Source: a virus
DNA: 10,125 nt
Strand: one strand, 5' to 3'
UHGV virus genome: UHGV-0288291
Shown: positions 6,787-10,125 of the stretch, in pieces
Layout: every line of letters begins with the position of its first letter
How positions within the stretch are numbered: the stretch's first letter is position 1
Notes under the pieces: model-generated
The model's database searches: none
What the model saw: the letters and a program-made list of their open reading frames with translations, nothing else
What the model was told of the DNA's origin: nothing
Program-made: the position numbers and the translations under genes

Positions 6787-6855
6787 CTCTATATAAAGAT
6801 TACATTTTCACCATTTGCTACCAAGATGGTGAATACAGCGCCGGAGGGCTTTCTT

Positions 6856-7836
6856 ATGGCAATTAAGAAGCTCGATGATGGTCGCTATGAAGTGGACATT
6901 AGACCTCGCGGTCGCGACGGAAAACGCATCCGCAGGAAATTCGAAAGAAAAGCTGAAGCACTAGCATTTGAGCGATACACAATCGCCAATGCCAGTCAGA
7001 AAGAATGGGGAGGCCAGCGAGCAGACCGCCGGACTTTGAGTGAGTTGCTGGACATCTGGTGGAAATATCACGGGCAAAACCACGAGCATGGAACAAAAGA
7101 GTTTAATCATCTACTCAAAACCATCAGCGGCATAGGTGATATACCAGTGAGCAGGATGAGCAAAAGGGCTTTGATGGATTATCGTTCCATGCGACTACGT
7201 GATGGTATCAGTGCCGCAACGATAAACCGTGACATGTACCGATTATCCGGCATGTTCACAAAATTAATTCAATTGGATGAATTTTCCGGGCAACACCCAA
7301 TTCACGGACTGCCGCCACTGGCGGAGGCCAACCCTGAAATGACGTTCTTGGAAAAAGCAGAAATCGAAAAACTGTTAAATGTTTTGGCTGGTGATGACTT
7401 ACTTGTCGCGCTTTTATGTCTGAGCACCGGAGGAAGATGGACGGAAGTTGCCACGCTAAAACCAGCACAGATTACAAATTGCAGGGTTACCTTCCTGAAA
7501 ACCAAAAACGGTAAAAAGCGAACCGTGCCGATTTCTGAGGAACTGGAGAAAAAAGTTAAAGAGGAGGCCAGCGCCAAATTATTCAAAGTTGATTATGAGA
7601 AATTTTGCGGGATTTTACGCAGAGTGAAACCTGATATACCACCCAATCAGGCAACCCACATCCTGCGGCATACATTCGCAAGCCATTTCATGATGAATGG
7701 GGGCAATATAATCGCACTGCAACAGATTCTGGGACATGCGAGCATTCAGCAGACGATGGCCTATGCGCACCTTGCGCCTGACTATCTGCAAAATGCCGTC
7801 GCTCTGAATCCACTAAAAGGCGGAGTGACGTTATAA
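6856..7836 (+). CDS. int: Tyrosine integrase (P2 Int-like), 326 aa
   Basis: The first ATG with an SD (GGAGGG, 6843-6848) gives MAIKKLDDGRYEVDIRP...; the track start at 6826 is upstream of this. C-terminal catalytic region HILRHTFASHF...LGHASIQQTMAYAHL carries the R/H-x-x-R/Y signature. Confidence 0.9.
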   Translation: MAIKKLDDGRYEVDIRPRGRDGKRIRRKFERKAEALAFERYTIANASQKEWGGQRADRRTLSELLDIWWKYHGQNHEHGTKEFNHLLKTISGIGDIPVSRMSKRALMDYRSMRLRDGISAATINRDMYRLSGMFTKLIQLDEFSGQHPIHGLPPLAEANPEMTFLEKAEIEKLLNVLAGDDLLVALLCLSTGGRWTEVATLKPAQITNCRVTFLKTKNGKKRTVPISEELEKKVKEEASAKLFKVDYEKFCGILRRVKPDIPPNQATHILRHTFASHFMMNGGNIIALQQILGHASIQQTMAYAHLAPDYLQNAVALNPLKGGVTL

Positions 7837-7848
7837 ATTTCCCCCTCT

Positions 7849-7873
7849 GAGTGTCCACATAGTGTCCACACTC
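7849..7873. promoter_or_regulatory. Candidate integrase arm-type binding sites (two TGTCCACA repeats, 11-bp spacing)
   Basis: GAGTGTCCACATAGTGTCCACACTC, with TGTCCACA at 7852-7859 and 7863-7870. The reverse complement TGTGGACA is what I recall as the P2 Int arm-site consensus. Confidence 0.5.
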
Positions 7874-7955
7874 AAGAAATTTTGAAACCGCTCCAAACCC
7901 TTACAGCTTTCGATAAGTACCTGTTTTTACTTTTGATTGCATGTAAGTAATTGAT

Positions 7956-7982
7956 AAAAAAAACCCCCACATCATGTGGGGG
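7956..7982 (-). terminator. Hairpin with A8 tract: terminator for leftward transcription, possibly part of the att core
   Basis: AAAAAAAA (7956-7963), CCCCCAC (7964-7970), loop ATCAT, GTGGGGG (7976-7982). The T-tract follows the stem only on the minus strand. Confidence 0.45.
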
Positions 7983-8046
7983 AAGACAGGGATGGTGTCA
8001 CAAAAATGCACCTAACCTGATGATATAAATGGATTTATATCAAACA

Positions 8047-8069
8047 CTGTCCACATAGCGTCCACATCG
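8047..8069. promoter_or_regulatory. Candidate integrase arm-type binding sites, second pair
   Basis: TGTCCACA (8048-8055) and CGTCCACA (8059-8066), same 11-bp spacing as the first pair. Confidence 0.5.
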
Positions 8070-8076
8070 ACTACTG

Positions 8077-8110
8077 AAAGCCCCTAAGCACATGGGGCTT
8101 TATTTTTCCT
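8077..8110 (+). terminator. Rho-independent terminator upstream of the moron
   Basis: AAAGCCCC (8077-8084), loop TAAGCACAT, GGGGCTTT (8094-8101), then ATTTTTCC. Confidence 0.6.
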
Positions 8111-8161
8111 CTTTTTGGAGGTATGAATTTTACTCAACCAAATGTTTATTAAGGATTTTCT

Positions 8162-8563
8162 ATGGCAACTCTTAAATCAGTGATGGCAATAGCCACCTTA
8201 ATAATTTCACTCAACGCAAACGCGAATGATATTAAAACCCTTCAAAAGCAGCTTAAACCATGGCAACCCCTAGAAATCACGAATAAAAACAACTCGCTTA
8301 CGGTGGTGCTTCCTGGCAAAGAAATCTCTCCTGACGCCTACAACAACCTGATTATGACTGGTGTATGCGCACCAGTCTGGACAAAAGACACGCCTGTTTC
8401 ATATCTCAAAAAAATCAAAGAAATAAGCATAGTTAATCAATATAAATCCATCGGTTATGTTTTTTCCGAACCATTAAAAACATGCAATGAAATAGGTTCG
8501 TTGACGCCTAAACAGGGGCAAGTGTTACTTTCATCCCAAACACGTCTTTACACAGGGAAATAA
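8162..8563 (+). CDS. Hypothetical secreted/periplasmic protein, 133 aa; AT-rich moron between int and ogr
   Basis: SD AAGGA 7 nt before the ATG. N-terminal Sec-type signal peptide MATLKSVMAIATLIISLNANA with an AxA-like cleavage motif and no lipobox Cys. Mature part is K/N/S/T-rich with two Cys. GC is visibly lower than the flanking phage genes. Terminators on both sides. Confidence 0.7.
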   Translation: MATLKSVMAIATLIISLNANANDIKTLQKQLKPWQPLEITNKNNSLTVVLPGKEISPDAYNNLIMTGVCAPVWTKDTPVSYLKKIKEISIVNQYKSIGYVFSEPLKTCNEIGSLTPKQGQVLLSSQTRLYTGK

Positions 8564-8582
8564 GCTCCTAAACAAAGTTGAA

Positions 8583-8610
8583 AGCCCCTCGACTGAGGGG
8601 CTTCCTGTTT
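8583..8610. terminator. Bidirectional terminator between the convergent moron and ogr
   Basis: AGCCCCTC, loop GACT, GAGGGGCT, with U-rich flanks on both strands. Confidence 0.6.
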
Positions 8611-8614
8611 GTAA

Positions 8615-8833
8615 TTACATCCACATAATTTGCTGCCCTGACGGCAACGGGTGCGGCCTTACGGCGTGGACTTCTCCCGGCTTCACGATGTATCGCTGTA
8701 CCGACTCATAAGTGATGAACGTGGCACTACAATTCACGTTCTGGCACTGATGATAACGCTCTTTTGTCGTGTCAGTGATATAGCGGCTTGTACGCGCATG
8801 TGCGGCATGCTGGCATAAAGGACAATGAAACAT
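8615..8833 (-). CDS. ogr: Late gene transcription activator Ogr (zinc finger), 72 aa
   Basis: MFHCPLCQHAAHARTSRYITDTTKERYHQCQNVNCSATF... with a CxxC...CxxxxC zinc finger. ATG at 8833 has AGAGG 8 nt upstream. The longer track ORF (to 8896) starts on a TTG with no SD. Confidence 0.9.
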   Translation of the reverse strand: MFHCPLCQHAAHARTSRYITDTTKERYHQCQNVNCSATFITYESVQRYIVKPGEVHAVRPHPLPSGQQIMWM

Positions 8834-8914
8834 CGCGAGCACCTCTTCCGGTTTTGTTGATGGTGCCATTTTAGTTAAATTATCCTTATAAAACAAACAG
8901 ATAAAATAAAAACA

Positions 8915-10078
8915 TCACTCATCATCTTCTGTTTCGTACTCCACATCAGAAAGCCTGACCTCAAGCTCCAGGGACGTCGTGAAGCCGCTATTATTCAGAA
9001 AATGTGTCACCTTAGTGATTGTCCAGTCCTGCTCGTCTATGACGCGCTTAAAGCCTGACACTTTAACCGGTGTTTCCGTGTAAATATCTGCCCGACCGGT
9101 AGCCAGGCTGATGGAGAACTCCGCAACGCCCCGTTGCAGTTTATCCCACTTCGCCTGAGCGGCGCGCATGGCCTGCGCTTTCGTGGCATATACCGTGGTC
9201 AGGGCAAAAACATTGTCAGCCTCACCGGCCATATATTCACCTTCGCGCGCTTCCGGTACTTTTGGCGCTTTCTTCTGCCTGACCGGTTTCGCTTTTGGGT
9301 GCTCCAGTGCGCGCAGGTGTTTTTCTTTCTTTTTGCGTTTCAGTTTTATCTTCTGCTTTTGCGGCTTCGGGTCTTTGGTGTGAAGCCACTTTGCCGTTAC
9401 GCCGGTATAGGCTCCACGGTCAGCAATCGCAAAATGATGACGGTCGCCGTCGCTGCGGGTGATGGTAATCTGCGGGATTTTTTTACCGCTGGCCGTCACC
9501 CCCTGCCCCGCTTTGAGAAACAACAGTTTTCCCATTTTTACCGACACCTCACCGCCGTTGCGTTCAGCAAGGCGGGTCAGGAATTTTGCATCAGACTCCT
9601 GCGACTGGTCGATGTGCGGGATTTTAATTCCGGCCAGTGACGGAGCGACACTGGCTTCCAGCCTGTTACGGGAGGCTATCGCCTCAACAATCGCACCGAG
9701 CGTGGTGTCATGCCAGGAGCCTTCACGGCGGGAATTGAGCGTCCCGCGAAAATCTGCACTCCGGGCGCGGATGGTGACCACATCCGGTGCGCCCCGGTGT
9801 TCAACCTCATCAACGGTAAATTTCCCTTTGCATACCAGAGCAAAACCTTTCCAGCCTATATACACCGTCAGGACAGCGCCACGAACCGGCAGCCCGACCT
9901 GCCCGTCGGCATCGTTCAGTTCAATATCAAGCTGGTCAGCCTCAAAGCCCCGGTTATCCGTCAGGGTCATGCTCATCAGACGGTCGCTGATATTGCCGGT
10001 AATATCCCTGCTGTCGAGCATCAGCATGTAATCCGGCGTCAGCGTACTGCCTGCATCAAATGTCAGCGCATCCAGCAT
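8915..10078 (-). CDS. D: Phage tail protein D (P2 gpD-like), 387 aa
   Basis: Same strand and immediately upstream of ogr, as in P2. Length matches P2 gpD. Start ATG overlaps the upstream stop (TAATG). Confidence 0.85.
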   Translation of the reverse strand: MLDALTFDAGSTLTPDYMLMLDSRDITGNISDRLMSMTLTDNRGFEADQLDIELNDADGQVGLPVRGAVLTVYIGWKGFALVCKGKFTVDEVEHRGAPDVVTIRARSADFRGTLNSRREGSWHDTTLGAIVEAIASRNRLEASVAPSLAGIKIPHIDQSQESDAKFLTRLAERNGGEVSVKMGKLLFLKAGQGVTASGKKIPQITITRSDGDRHHFAIADRGAYTGVTAKWLHTKDPKPQKQKIKLKRKKKEKHLRALEHPKAKPVRQKKAPKVPEAREGEYMAGEADNVFALTTVYATKAQAMRAAQAKWDKLQRGVAEFSISLATGRADIYTETPVKVSGFKRVIDEQDWTITKVTHFLNNSGFTTSLELEVRLSDVEYETEDDE

Positions 10079-10125
10079 TATCCCGCCCCCATCATACCTG
10101 TGAATCTGGTCGCCAGACTGCCGGC
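10078..10125 (-). CDS. 3' end of the upstream tail gene (gpU-like), truncated by the window
   Basis: Open minus-strand frame from the window edge encoding ...AGSLATRFTGMMGAG, with stop TAA at 10078-10080 overlapping the D start. Identity inferred from P2 gene order only. Confidence 0.4.
   Translation of the reverse strand, partial: AGSLATRFTGMMGAG

Larger units (their letters stand above)
1..10125. mobile_element. P2-like temperate phage genome segment (portal remnant, cos, early/replication operon, immunity switch, integrase, attP region, ogr, D)
   Basis: Gene order and orientation match the P2 map read in reverse: Q end - cos - variable locus - A - small ORFs - B - cox - C - int - att region - ogr - D. 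Stop/start overlaps run through the early operon. Confidence 0.9.

Noticed and set aside
6489-7586. Minus-strand track ORFs antisense to C and int (6489..6761, 6899..7096, 7256..7468, 7302..7586)
   Set aside because: They lie within well-supported plus-strand genes, and the translations lack recognisable features.
8834-8896. N-terminal extension of ogr to the track start at 8896
   Set aside because: The track start is a TTG and the next upstream ATG (8869) has poor SD spacing. The ATG at 8833 has a well-placed AGAGG and gives the 72-aa length expected for Ogr.
9134-10031. Plus-strand track ORFs antisense to D (9134..9640, 9168..9383, 9459..10031)
   Set aside because: Antisense to the D gene with Ser/Arg/Phe-rich junk-like translations.
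1-10125. CRISPR arrays, tRNA or rRNA genes, IS elements
   Set aside because: No regularly spaced short repeats, no tRNA-like T-loop/acceptor pattern in the att or hotspot regions, and no transposase-like ORF or terminal inverted repeats were seen.

Overview
The window reads as about 10 kb of a P2-like temperate phage genome in phage (circular or virion) gene order, not a singly integrated prophage. Left to right: scrambled fragments of a portal (gpQ-like) gene (1-979), an intrinsic terminator, a P2-type 19-nt cos sequence (1149-1167), a short AT-rich variable locus holding only a structured leader and a 37-codon ORF (about 1290-1860) where P2 carries tin/old, then the early operon on the minus strand (cox, small ORF, B, four small coupled ORFs, rolling-circle initiator A; 2062-6371), the C/cox switch region, C repressor and tyrosine integrase on the plus strand (6493-7836), an attP-like region with paired TGTCCACA repeats, an AT-rich secreted-protein moron (8162-8563), and late genes ogr and D on the minus strand (8615-10078). 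The three most notable points are: the portal gene is broken into inverted and duplicated pieces with three junctions; the cos-to-A hotspot carries a micro-ORF module instead of a recognisable cargo system; and an AT-rich moron sits inside the attachment region between int and ogr. Identifications rest on reading the translations, motifs and gene order against what I recall of P2; no database search was run.
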